DNA from: Schmidtea polychroa
Lineage: Eukaryota
Length of the DNA: 64,000 nucleotides
Direction: 5' to 3'
NCBI GenBank assembly: GCA_044892525.1
Contig: CM097888.1
Span: forward strand, 33,542,001 to 33,606,000
Shown: one piece after another, positions 21,414 to 42,830 of the stretch
How the letters are laid out: the number at the start of each line of letters is the position of its first letter
Numbering within the stretch: position 1 is the stretch's first letter
Made by a program: the position numbers and the translations under genes
Notes under the pieces: model-generated
What the model saw: only the letters and a program-made list of their open reading frames with translations
The model's database searches: none
Told to the model about the DNA's origin: nothing

Positions 21414-22989
21414 GAAACATCCCCACAAATATTTGTTTTTTTTTTATTAAATTTATGAATTTTATGAAATAATTTTAAATAAATTCAATTAATATACTTC
21501 CATTCTTATCAACCTTCATGTTATCCATGCCACTTCTCATTATTTACCTCCCATGATCCATTAATGGATTATTCTACCAATTATTTTCACCCATTTGAAT
21601 CGAGTAATGAAAAATTTCCTCACTTTAATGAAGATTCTTACCACCTTCATTGTTAATTTTATCAAAGTTTAAAGAATAATTCTCTTTACATTGCTTACCA
21701 CTTTAGAATTTTTATCGAAATTTACGATAATTTGACTAATTCAATGATAAATGAGTTAATTAATATATACTCTGAGTTTATCCGACAAAATATTCTGTCC
21801 CCCTATGGGTATTGCTCACAAGGGTACTACTCACATTCAACATGTCGCAAGGGTATTAGTCGTAAAGGTATTTAATGTTTTTATTTGAATGATTATTTAG
21901 GCAAATTTGTTGTTTAAGGTATTCATAATTTTTAGAGTTGATGGTTTTATTCAAGTAAATTTCTATCTTTTTTGTGAATTTTTATCGTTTTTTTATTGTG
22001 AATTTTTATCGTTTTTTTGTGAATTTCTATTATTTTTGCGGATTTCTATTATTTTCCGTAATTTTTTTGATTATCTGTAATTTTTGTGGATATCTATCAT
22101 TTTTGTGAATTTCCTATTATTTTTGCGATTTGCTATAATTTTTATGAATTTTTATCGTTTTTGTGAATTTCTATCATTTTCATGAATTTTTATCATTTTT
22201 GTGAATTTCTTTGATTTTTGTAAATTTCTATTATTTTTGTGGATTTCATGATTATTGAATGAATATTTAATAATTCAAAGTTAGTTCTAAGATAAATTTA
22301 ATTAATTTCTTGATAATTGGATGTATTTTTAATTTTTAATGAGGTTAATAATTAGAGTTTGTACAATAATCAAGTGGTAGGATAAATTTTTATGAGGATA
22401 TTGAACAATTTTCTAAGAATTTCATGTTGACTGATTAAAAGTTTTAATGGTGATAAATTTAATTGATAAATTTAATTAATTTCTTGATAATTAGTGGTAT
22501 TTTATTGAATAGTTTTTAAATAAAAATTAATTTCAAGTGATAGAATAAATTTTTAATGATAAGTTTGTAATATATTTCACTAAATAATTTTTTCAATAAT
22601 TTTCTAAGAATATTTACTCATTGATGAACTTTAAAAAACATGAGCTAAGAAACTAGTTAACTTTAACAAGGAATTTAAATTTACTTGAAAATGATTGTAG
22701 AATATACTGAAATTTAGTTTGCTGATAGCGCTTGAAAATGATTGGCCGAATCGATGAAGAATTATGATCAATCAATATATATCATCTCCAGTATTTGATG
22801 GTATATATTTGTAGAAAATTTAGTGAATTTTGATCTTTTAGTGGGCTCTTATTATTTGTCTGGTTCTATAACAATTAATTAAAAGTCATATTTTTGAAGT
22901 TCTCTGAGGATTTTAAGAGGATTGATATATATTAAAGGGCTCAAGTGGGTGAAATCTTTAGGGAAAATAAGGGATATAATCGGATAGAT

Positions 22990-23350
22990 GTTTAAAAGGG
23001 TAGAAATATTTGCTGAGAGATCGGATAAGATGGGATATTGTCGGTGAGATTTAATGAGTGATCGGTTAAGATGGGGAAAATATGATCTTTTAAGGGGATA
23101 TAGTCGGTTAGATTTAATGTGAGATGGGTTAAGATGGGAATATATCATTGTAAGGGAGATATAGTCGATTGACTTTAATGAGGAATGGGTTAAGATGGGA
23201 ATATAGTCGGTTAAATTTAATGAGACATGGGTTAAGATGGGAATATATCATTGTAAGGGAAATATAGTCGATTGACTTTAATGAGGAATGGGTTAAGATG
23301 GGAATATAGTCGGTTAAATTTAATGAGACATGGGTTAAGATGGGAATATA
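22990..23350. repeat. Tandem repeat with atgggttaagatgggaatat core (about 104-bp higher-order unit)
   Basis: Core recurs about 8 times. Confidence 0.85.
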
Positions 23351-23799
23351 TGATTTTTTTAATGGTGATGTTGGTAAAATATCATTGTTTTAAGGGAAAT
23401 GTCAATACATTAGTCAGTTATGTATCAATAATAATTATATCGTTTTATTAGATTGTGATTAATTCATTGTATATTTATTTAGATTTATGTTTTAGAACAA
23501 TGTCGATTTACTTGGTTTTGACGATGAAAACTTTACAGATAAATGGGATTGATATCAACTTATTTTTATCTTTATTTAGATGGACAACGACAAAAGTTGA
23601 CCATTTGAAGAAATATATTTTATTGAATGGATAAATTTAATCTTTTAATGGGACCTAGTCAGTTATATTTATTTTAAATTTCGAGTACAGTGATTAACAA
23701 AAAGTTAATTATAACCGGTTTTATCATTAGATTTTATCAATTATTTAGGGTTAATGACCAAATTATTTTACATGTTTTATAATATTCGTGATAATAGGA

Positions 23800-24290
23800 A
23801 TTAAAGTCATTTAAAGGGGATTTTAAGCAATCTTATTAGTCTGAGGTAAATATATAACCTTTTAAGGATATTTATCGATAAAATACTAATCTTTAAAGAT
23901 AGTTATTTCAGGGAAATTTGATGCTTTTTAGATGATTTTAGTGAAATATTTGTAATAATATGGATTAAGGGTAGAAATATAGTCATTTAAGAGATTTTAA
24001 GGAATCTTGTTAGTTTGAGGTGAATATATAGTCTTTTATGAGTACTTATCTTTAAAATATCAATCTTTAAAGATAGTGTTATTTCAATGAAATTTGATGC
24101 TTTTTAGATGATATTTGTAATAATATGAATTAAGGATAGAAATGTAGTCATTTAAGGGGATTTTAAGGAATCTTGTTAGTTTGAGGTGAATATATGATCT
24201 TTAACAAGTACTTATCATTAAAATACCAATCTTTAAATATTGATATATTTAGGGGGAAATGATTCTTTTTAGATGATTTTATTGGAGAAT
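23800..24290. repeat. About 170-bp tandem repeat, about 3 diverged copies
   Basis: agtcattta...ttttaag(c/g)aatctt(a/g)ttagt...gaggt...aatcttta at about 23806, 23980, 24146. Confidence 0.8.
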
Positions 24291-25639
24291 TCACTTGGAT
24301 ATACCAATTATTGTCATTTAAATGAATTTACTGGTTTGTTAGATGTTATCATTAGTTATCTAGTCTCTTTTGGAATTTAATGATAATTATTTTTATTGTA
24401 GATTGCTGACTTTGATAATTGTAATGAATTTATACTGATTTTTTGAATATATTGAGAAATCAGTCAATCAATTTGAGTACATGTATTACTTTTAAAAAAA
24501 TAATTAAATTTAATTTTATTTAAATTAATTTATTCAATCTAAATCAATTATCTACTAGATCTTATTTCAAAATTCTTATTAATTTATTATCTTAGTTGAT
24601 TCATATTAACTTGAATGATCAATGACTAGAATTTAAAGTTCTTTCTTGTCCATTAATTATATTTTTTTAATTTAGTATATTTTGAATAATTTAAATTTTT
24701 ACAATAATTTAATCAATTTTTACCAAGTTATTGATGCCTTGAGTTCAAATATCTTAAAAGTGCCTTGAGTTCAATTAATTTTTCATCTAATTTTTTCAAG
24801 TGATGAGTATTTGCTTTTAAAGATCAATTTGTTAGTACATAGTTGTTGGTTGTAAGTAGTTGGTTGACTTTTTAGATTTTGATAAGAAAATAGTGTATGC
24901 GATGAAGAATAATTTTTTTTATTTAATTGCTATTATTTTTATGTGTTGTTAGTTGATTGTTGGTACTAAGTTGTTGGTTTCTTGTATTTGGTAGTTGGTA
25001 CAGTGTTGTTAATTTCTCGATGGGTTTTGATGGTGGTTGTTAGTACATGGTATCTAGTTGTTAGCTGATTGATAGTAACTACTTAATGGGTAGGTGGGGG
25101 GTTGAGAGTTACCAATACCCCTACGACTAGTACCCTTACGACTAATACCCTTACGACCAGTACCCTTAGGGGGTCAAAACATCCTGTCGGATAAACTCAG
25201 AGTATATATAATAAAACTGATCAACAATAAGTATTTATTGAATGCGATTTTTACATTGCAATAATAAGTTATCATTTAAAAGAAGAATGTTTTGTAAATT
25301 AGAATTCATTAGTCTTTCATTGTAATTAAAATTATTTTGAATTCCACGTGGTGATGAGTTGTGGTTTTTTGATGAAAATCAACATTTTTGTTAAATTTGA
25401 AAAGGTTTTTCTAATGATTGTAATTAAATATATTTTTGAAGATAGATAAAAAATTAATTTAAAAAGCATTTCATAAAATACAATAAAGAATATTTAGTAG
25501 TTAGTTGTAAGTATCTGGTTGTTTGAGAGTTAGTTAGTACGTGGTATCATGGTGTAAGTATTTGTTAGCACCTAGTTAAAAAATAATCAGTAACCGATTG
25601 TTGGTAACTGTTGAATTATTAGTATTTTTATTATTATTA

Positions 25640-25686
<47 letters not shown>

Positions 25687-25999
25687 CATTTAAATTTCCA
25701 TTTAAATTTTCATTATAAATTACATTTCTCAAAAAAGTTGGTGGTTATTCAATCTTTTGATAATAAATTTAAAAATCTTACTTTAATTTACTTATTTAGC
25801 TTTAATTTAAAATTTGAACCATTGGATACTTAATTTTAAATTTTGAACCATTGTTTTCTTTAATTTAAAATTTTTAACTTTAATTTACTTATCCTTAATT
25901 TACCTAATTATTCTTTATTTCTTAATTTTACACCATAATTTACTTAACAACTAAATATAATCCTTATTTTCATATTTAACCAATAATTTCATGTGGTCT

Positions 26000-27130
26000 T
26001 CTGGTTGTAAGTGTTTGGTATCTAGTTGACAGTGCTTAGTACTAGGCAAGTTACTTGGTTGTTAGTACTTGGTTGATAATGCTTAGTGTCTGGTTGTATG
26101 TACTTGGTAGCTAGTTGTTAGTAACTAGTTGTAGGTAATTAATGCTTAGTAGTTGGTAACTGGTTGTTAGTACTTGGTAGGTGGTAGCTAGTTGGTTGTA
26201 GGTACTTAGTAGTTGGTTGATAATGCTTAGTACTTGGTATGTGGTTGTTAGTTGGTTGTAGGTACTTAGTAGTTGGTAGCTAGTTGGTTGCTATCAGGTA
26301 ACTAGTTGTTAGTAACTAGTTGTAGGTATCTGGTTGTTAATACATGTTCGTAATTTACTGGTACTTGGTATCTAGTTGTTAGTTGTTAGCGGGTTGTTAG
26401 TAACTAGGTATCTAGTTGTTAGTACTTGGTTGATAATGCTTAGTACCTGGTTGATGTTGGTTGTTAGTACTTAGTAGTTGGTAGCTAGTTGTTAGTAACT
26501 AGTTGTAAGTACTTGGTATCTGGTTGTTAGTTGTTATCTGGTTGTGAGTAGTTGGTATCAGGTTGTTAGCTGGTTGATAGTACTTGGTATCTGGTAATTA
26601 GTTGTAGGTACTTGGTTGTTTGAGAGTTATTTAGTACGTGTTATCTAGTTGTAGGTACTTGGTATCAGGTAACTGGTTGTTAGTAACTAGTTGTAAGTAC
26701 TTGGTAGTTGGTTGTTAGTTGTTGGTATCAGGTTGTTAGCTGGTTGATAGTACTTGGTATCTGGTAATTGGTTGTAGGTACTTGGTTGTTTGAGAGTTAT
26801 TTAGTACGTGGTATCTAGTTGTAGGTACTTGGTATCAGGTAACTGGTTGTTAGTAACTTGTTGTAAGTACTTGGTAGTTGGTTAATAATGCTTAGTACCT
26901 GGTTGATGGTGGTTGTTAGTACTTGCTAGGTGGTAGCTAGTTGTTAGCTGGTTGTAGCTAGTTAATGGGTAGGTGGTTGTTAGTAGTTGGTATCAGGTAA
27001 CTAGTTGTAGGTATCTAGTTGTAGGTATCTGGTATCAGGTAACTGGTTGTTAGTAACTAGTTGTAGGTATCTGGTTGTTAATACATGTTCATAAGTTACT
27101 GGTTGTTGGTACTAAGTTGTTGGTTTGTTG
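26000..27130. repeat. Cryptically simple G/T-rich satellite (tagttggt / tagtacttggt shuffles)
   Basis: About 1.1 kb composed almost entirely of short G/T-rich words, strong strand bias. Confidence 0.9.
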
Positions 27131-27439
27131 TTGAATTATTATTAAAATTTGTCTTTGAAAAATATTTCATAAAAATTTTCATTAAAAATTATCTTAAAAA
27201 TTTCCATCTAAAATTATCATTGAAAAATATTTCATAAAAATTTCCATTAAAAATTACTTAAAAAATTATTCCATAAAAATTTTCATTAAAAAATTTCAAT
27301 TCTCAAACACCTTCAACTTTTTGTTAATAAATTTTAAAATCTTACTTTAATTTACTTATTTAAAATTTTTTACCATTGATTAGTTAATTTAAAAATTATT
27401 ACTTTAATTTACTTATTTAAAATTTTTTGCCATTGATTA

Positions 27440-28150
27440 CTTAATTTAAAAATTTGGACCTTAATTAACTTTAATTTAATTTTTAGAACCTAAATTTACT
27501 GTAATTCAAAATTTGGATCATAATTTACTGTAATTGAAAAATTTAGAACCATAATTTACTTTTAATTTAATTTTTAGAACCATAATTTACTTTAATTCAA
27601 AAATTTGGACCATAATTTACTTTAATTCAATTTTTAGAACCATTATTTACTGTAATTGAAAAATTTGAGCCATAATTTACTTTAATTTAATTTTTTAGGA
27701 CCATAATTTACTGTAATTTAAAAATTTGAGCCATAATTTACTATAATTTAATTTTTAGAACCATAATTTACTTTAATTTAATTTTTAGAACCATAATTTA
27801 CTTTAATTGAAAAATCTGGACCATTATTTACTTTAATTTAATATTTTAGAACCATAATTTACTTTAATTTAATTTTTAGAACCATTATTTACTGTAATTC
27901 AATTTTTAGAACCATTATTTACTGTAATTGAAAAATTTGAGCCATAATTTACTTTAATTTAATTTTTAGAACCATAATTTACTTTAATTTAAAAATTTGG
28001 ACCATAATTTACTGTAATTTAAAAATTTGAGTCATAAATTACTATAATTTAATTTTTAGAACCATAATTTACTTTAATTTTAAAATTTGGACCATTATTT
28101 ACTTTAATTTCAATTTTTAGAACCATAATTTACTTTAATTGAAAAATTTA
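27440..28150. repeat. About 30-bp minisatellite (accataatttactttaatttaatttttaga), over 20 copies
   Basis: Directly visible tandem array abutting the right arm. Confidence 0.92.
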
Positions 28151-29518
28151 CCACGTTTTTAGTGTAGACCACCTATTTCTCAGGACCAAGGAGACCCCCC
28201 TCACTATAGTCTGAAAAATCCTTGGCTTTTTTAGTGTAGACCAGATTTTTGTATTGAAAATATCCTGAGACCTTAAATTACCATGCTTTTTTAGTGTAGA
28301 CCAGCTTTTTGTATTGAAAATATCCTGAGACCTTAAATTACCACGTTTTTTTAGTGTAGACCACCTATTTCTCAGGACCAAGGAGACTCACCTGAATTGA
28401 CCTAGAAAAATCCATGCTTTTTTATTGAAGACCACCTTTTTGTATTGAAAATATCCTGAGACCTTAAATTACCACGTTTTTTTAGTGTAGACCACCTATT
28501 TCTCAGGACCAAGGAGACTCACCTGAATTGACCTAGAAAAATCCATGCTTTTTTATTGAAGACCACCTTTTTGTATTGAAAATATCCTGAGACCTTAAAT
28601 TACCACGTTTTTTTAGTATAGACCAGATTTTTGTATTGAAAATATCCTGAGACCTTAAATTACCATGCTTTTTTAGTGTAGACCAGCTTTTTGTATTGAA
28701 AATATCCTGAGACCTTAAATTACCACGTTTTTTTAGTGTAGACCACCTATTTCTCAGGACCAAGGAGACTCACCTGAATTGACCTAGAAAAATCCATGCT
28801 TTTTTATTGAAGACCACCTTTTTGTATTGAAAATATCCTGAGACCTTAAATTACCACGTTTTTTTAGTGTAGACCACCTATTTCTCAGGACCAAGGAGAC
28901 TCGCCTCACTATAGTCTGAAAAATCCTTGGCTTTTTTAGTGTAGACCAGCTTTTTGTATTGAAAATATCCTGAGACCTTAAATTACCACGTTTTTTTAGT
29001 GTAGACCACCTATTTCTCAGGACCAAGGAGACTCACCTCACTATAGTCTGAAAAATCCTTGGCTTTTTTAGTGGTAGTCGGATTTTTGTATAGAAAAAAT
29101 TTTATTTGTATTGAAAATCCCAGGACCATCGTTTTTGTATTGAAAAAAATTTTTTTGTATTGAAAATCCCAGGACCATCGTTTTTGTATTGAAAATCCCA
29201 GGACCATCGTTTTTGTATTGAAAAAAATTTTTTTGTATTGAAAATCCCAGGACCATCGTTTTTGTATTGAAAAAATTTTTTTTGTATTGAAAATCCCAGG
29301 ACCATCGTTTTTGTATAGAAAAAATTTTTTTATATTGAAAATCCCAGGACCATAGAGACCCCCTCACTATAGTCTGATAAAAAAAAATTTGTACCTAAAA
29401 TCCCTGAAAGCAAAAAATGTGAGTTGGAACAATTGCATAATAAAAAGTTGGAACAATTTTACCCCCCCCCCGGGGGGGGGGGGGGGTAATTGTTCCAGTG
29501 CGCTACTATCTACCTACT
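28151..29518 (-). repeat. Right inverted arm built of the same subrepeats
   Basis: Reverse complement of the left arm; the innermost about 230 bp give an identical translation (ORF track 21185-21415 vs 28148-28381). Confidence 0.92.
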
Positions 29519-29820
29519 AACCAAGGTTGATATTTCTTTATTCATACGATCAGCAAAATTAGAATACATTGTCGAACTACTTGATAAGACTGTATTGCTA
29601 TATAAATTTTTACAAAAATCTACATCGCATTTCTTAATGCTGTTATAAGTCACATCAAGAATACTATCACTTAAGTCTCTTCCGACTAAATTAATTTTTG
29701 TATTTACTTTTTGTAGGGAATTGAAAATATAAGACAATTAATAGTAGCCAAAATTTATTGTTTATTACATTGATGGTCATGCTTTTATTATAGTCTAATT
29801 GCATTTTTTTTCTTCTTTCT
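29519..29820 (-). pseudogene. Actin-like pseudogene fragment split by the Polinton-type insertion
   Basis: [44 protein letters not shown] matches actin [44 protein letters not shown]; frame continues across the TSD as PLSRTIK (20182-20162) vs actin PSTMKIK; distal part 29700-29820 only weakly similar. Confidence 0.85.
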
Positions 29821-31319
29821 TGGCATTTTTGGAAAGTGCTTCTTCTCCTTTTTCTGTATATTTAAACAAATCAATTTTTATTTAATTATCTATATTTTAA
29901 TAAATTAATTAAAATAAAAGGTGAAGGCACTACATTACTTAATTTTAAAATATTATCCTAATTTCCCATGTAATAGCATTTATTGAAAATATCTTACTAT
30001 AAATTCCTGTACAAAAATACGGGACCTAAAAATATTTAGGCTTTTTAACAAGAATAATTCTTAGGTTTTTTCATTTAGGAAAAAACTTTTAGACTTTTTT
30101 AACGAAAATTTATTTTAGGCATTTTTAGCGAAAGTCAGAAAATAACCCTCCACTAAAGTGCTTCAGACTGATATAACACCTTTAGCCCTTTGCGCCCTAT
30201 TTCCTTTTGACCTGAAAAAAGTTTAGCCAAAAATAGGCCTCACTATAGAGATTCGCAATGACATAAATTTTTTAATTAAATATTACATAATTAATCTAGG
30301 GGGAATTGGGTAAGGTGCAGAGGGCCAATATCTCCATACTAATATATGAAGTGTTCTCTTATATAAAATCTCGTTTTGAACACCAAACTAGTAGGATAAA
30401 ATGAATATTGAGCTTCCATTCTTAAAACGACTGGTGTAAAGTTGTATTTGCATTGATGTATTTGATGCATTGAATTTTTTAGTAATCTTCATTGATATAT
30501 ATCACCAAAACCGAATCTTCGAAACATGGTGCAACTTTGACACCAACATTTCCTTCATTTTCAAAGTCTAACCCTGTCAATGCTGAGTGATCTGGATATG
30601 ATATGACGAGAGAATACGTAAGAAAACATCTGTCATCTTTAATCCAATCTTCGTCATAATTGTCAAGACAATTTTTACTAACTAAAACAGGATCTGATGA
30701 AAAATTTGTAAAGAGAAAAAGTCTTGCAATTGAATCCTGCATTGAATTCTCGCCTTTTAAATTAGAAGTTATGTATGACGGACGTACGGACGTACATTTG
30801 GCGGTAACTATATAATTAGATTATAATAAATAAAATAAACTAATTTTCAAAAGCTAATGAAGTAAACTTCAATTTATTTTATATAAATATTTACATTAAT
30901 ATTTTGTTTAAATACTACAAATAAATTAAAATAAAAGTGCAAAATCGATGAGCGCCAACTGCAAATTTCATAAGTAAATCCCATCACATTTATGCGTACT
31001 CGAATGAATTTGTTGAAAAAAAATTTTAAATCTTTCGTTAAAATCACAATAATTCTTCATTTACAAATGCATTGAAATGGGTAATTCTGAGAATTTTATA
31101 CATTTATTTTAACAAATATAAATCCTGTCATATTTTTTTCAGAGAATTAAATACATCTGAAAACAAATACTTCATTAAGAATTTTTTCAAGTTTTGTTAA
31201 ACATTAGGATGAAGTTGTCATTCTTGACCGCAAACACTTTTTGAACACTGCGATATTAGGGTTAAACAAAATAAGTTTTCTCTTTATAATTCATTTTGGA
31301 ACCCATCTTTTACCTAGAG

Positions 31320-31830
31320 CAAGGATTGGCAACCTTTCTTGTGTAAAGAGCCATTTTTTTAAATATCCTTGTCAAAAATAGAGATAGCCAGCAAAAAGAA
31401 AAGATGTTAATATATGGATTAAAAAAATATGTAAATTTTGAATTTTTTTACTATTTTTAACAAAAATTGATAAAATTAAACAAAATAAATAAGAAAACAA
31501 AACAAAAATAATTATACTTTTAAAAATCACATAAAACGAGTTAAGTACAAAAGGGTTTATTTTCAAATAAATTAATAAAAAATGGCATTATTGAGATTTT
31601 TTTCTCAAAAAGTTGTTTTAATTTTGAGCGGTATTCTGAAATTTTCATATTTAGATCTTTTTCCAAGTTAACATCATTCAGGTGACTTCTTACTTTATTT
31701 GTTATTAAATTCATACTATAAAAAATTTGTTCACATAAATAGGTCGGACCATAAACTGTCAATAAACCAAAAGTAACCTTTCTGAGTTGATTTAGCAATC
31801 TGGTAGGATATTCCATGCGTTAAAGATAAT
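31320..31830 (-). mobile_element. hAT (SPIN/GTF2IRD2-like) transposase 3' remnant with one TIR
   Basis: YGPTYLCEQIFYSMNLITNKVRSHLNDVNL dimerisation motif; terminus caaggattggcaacc at 31320. Confidence 0.8.
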
Positions 31831-33144
31831 TTAATATTTTTTGTTTCATTTTGATAATTCCAACCATTTATGATTCATAGCCAAATCGACTTTTTTTTCT
31901 TTCTAGGCTATATAAACCGGTTTTCAAAACTCGACCACAAATTATTGGTTTCTAAAGAGTATTGTCATGCGTAAAATTGAAAAATGCTTAAAATCATTAG
32001 TGACATCACATTGCAAGAACTATAATAGAGTTAAAATAAAAAAAAATTACATCGCCCTATTGTTAGTCGTTGTGCGAAAGCTAACTATGATTGGTTAGTA
32101 TCTTCCCATTGGCTTTATAACAGAGCTCATTTCCACGTGTTTCCACACTAGTGTTAATCATGCGACGGATTTCAAATGTCAGTGAACTGTCAGGTTTTTT
32201 AACAGTTCGAATTATTGGACAATGTGAGGCAGTGTAGGTCTCCTAGATGTAACTCAAATTAAGGTTGGTTGATTTTTAGATATATTACAATTTATTTAAT
32301 ATATTATGAACTTCATATGTTAAAAGTAATTTTTTTTATCTAACAGTTTTTAATGTGTCATCCAAGAAAATTAAAGATGTTTTAAAAGATTTGATCATTA
32401 TTATAATTGTTAAATATGGGTCAACTGCAATGGTTTTATTTTATCCTCATACCATCATGAAGGTCATGCTTGGATAATTATTTCCCTATGTACAATAATT
32501 ATATAAAAATGTCTAGATCAAGCTTATATCTATGCTGGACGAAAAAGAGGTAAGTCATCAATAGAAACTACGTATAAAAGAAATGTTAGACAGCTAATGT
32601 GTATTATCAAAAACTACATTCGTTTTTCATCACTATACATACAGATTAAATAAAAAGCATACAATACATTTAGAATAATATGATATAGAATAAGTTTTGC
32701 AAGCTTTATGCATAGCAAATTCTGTTACTGAATCGCCCATGTTAAGTATTAAGAGCAAAAATATTATACCTGCATTATCATGTATTATTCTCTGGTTTAA
32801 ATATATACATAGTTACCTAACACGAACTATTGCATTATTTTATTATTATAAGACCTTATTTATGTACGAGTATAGTAACCCTCCATTATTTCAGTAGGTT
32901 TTGGTAGTTAAAGTCAATCCAAGCATTTTAGTCGTTCCTGGTCATTGACATTATTTATATTAAATATAAATAATAACATATTTTAGTAGTATATTTTACA
33001 ATGAGCCTGTAATCTGTTCGAATTTTGACCTGAAGTATTAAATGAATATGATGTGGTGAATGGAATTCGAACCGATTCCAACCGTTTTGTATATAAATGC
33101 CATAAACAGCGGTGATATTGCATTTGAAATTCGTTGTGTACAAA

Positions 33145-41645
<8,501 letters not shown>

Positions 41646-42414
41646 GTCGTAAAATTGGAAATTATTTATTAATTTAGGACAATATATTAGTAATAAATTT
41701 TATTCTTAATGTCTTTTATTAATTTATTCTATTAAAAAATATTAATTTTAACATATTATTTAAACAAAATCATGTTTATTTAGATTTAAATTTTCAATAT
41801 ATTGTTTAAATATAATTATTTAAATAAATTTCTGGGGTATGAGAATATTGCTATTATGTAGAAAACCGTACATTATTTCGAAAATGAATATTTCTATTCC
41901 AATTTAGTTCTTTTTCAAATTTTCTCTACCTATAACCCATGTCTGTTTTGTAGATCGTTACCTCATCATTCTTATCAACTTATATTCATTATGCATATCC
42001 GTTTACCCACACGCAATATATCAAAAGTACTAATTTATTTTTATATTCATTAAAATTACTAAAGAAATTGTTTGGTGTTTGTTGATGTTGACCATTCAAT
42101 CCGATTCAGTACCCTGCCAAATGAACATATCAGAGTTGAGCTCTCCGGCAAAATTATTTACCAATCCATATCATATTTTTGTTTATTCATCCATCGTTTG
42201 TCTGACTGGTGCAGTAACTCGCCATCGCAGCTGGGTATCATACCCGTTAGGATGTCCTCTTTCACCTGCTCTTAACCGGAAATGACTGCCTAAATATCGT
42301 TACAAAATAAAATAACAATCTACAAACGACACTCGTTCGTAAAAAAAAGTTGACAGCATACTTTCTTTTTATTTTTGTCAGTTTTCCTTTACTTCAGTCA
42401 CCATAAGTCATAAA

Positions 42415-42830
42415 CAGTTGCAGCAAAATTGACGCTTTATGGGGCGTCATCTTATTTATTTTATATTTGGTAAAAAGAAGAAATGATGACAATGTTACAA
42501 GTATTGTAGAATAATCAAAAATGTATGTTTCGTCCATTATTTGCAATAACTTGATGGAGTCTTTTTGGGATTGATTTTACGAAGCTTTGAAAAAGTTCGA
42601 GTGGTAAATTGTACCAGATCTCTCTGAGTTTCATCCACATCTGATACACATTTTTTTAACTGTTGCTTCTGGAACTATCGGTCACAATAATCCCACAGAT
42701 TCTCTATGGGATTTAAATCTGATGATTGTAGTGGCCAGTTTTACATTTCTTTACCAACGCAGAGCGATGACAAGGAACGTCATCTTGATGAAAGCCATGT
42801 TCAATGAGAGAGCGAGTGAGTGAATAAGAC
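42415..42830 (-). mobile_element. Tc1/mariner transposase C-terminal remnant
   Basis: QDDVPCHRSALVK...WPLQSSDLNPIENLW...SIPKRLHQVIANNG; possible TIR cagttgcagc at 42415. Confidence 0.8.

Larger units (their letters stand above)
21770..25202. mobile_element. Nested TA-flanked inverted-repeat element (about 3.4 kb, Tc1/mariner-like target), non-coding
   Basis: TA|CTCTGAGTTTATCCGACA ... TGTCGGATAAACTCAGAG|TA; about 100-bp imperfect TIRs with gtcgtaagggta(c/t)tag subrepeats. Confidence 0.7.
20189..29518. mobile_element. Non-autonomous Polinton/Maverick-type element (9330 bp), no recognisable genes
   Basis: Termini AGTAGGTAGATAGTAGC / GCTACTATCTACCTACT; 6-bp TSD AACCAA (20183-20188, 29519-29524); long inverted arms. 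Confidence 0.85.

Noticed and set aside
26000-27130. Telomere-like G-rich repeat
   Set aside because: No fixed telomeric unit (TTAGGG/TTAGG); it is a shuffled simple sequence inside an element
20244-29367. Many short ORFs (MVLRNRWSTLKK..., MVLGFSIQK...)
   Set aside because: By-products of the tandem arrays, mirrored on both arms, mostly with non-ATG starts
32050-32160. CCAAT/E-box/TATA-like cluster as HPD promoter
   Set aside because: About 1 kb from the ATG with no transcript evidence; such short motifs occur by chance
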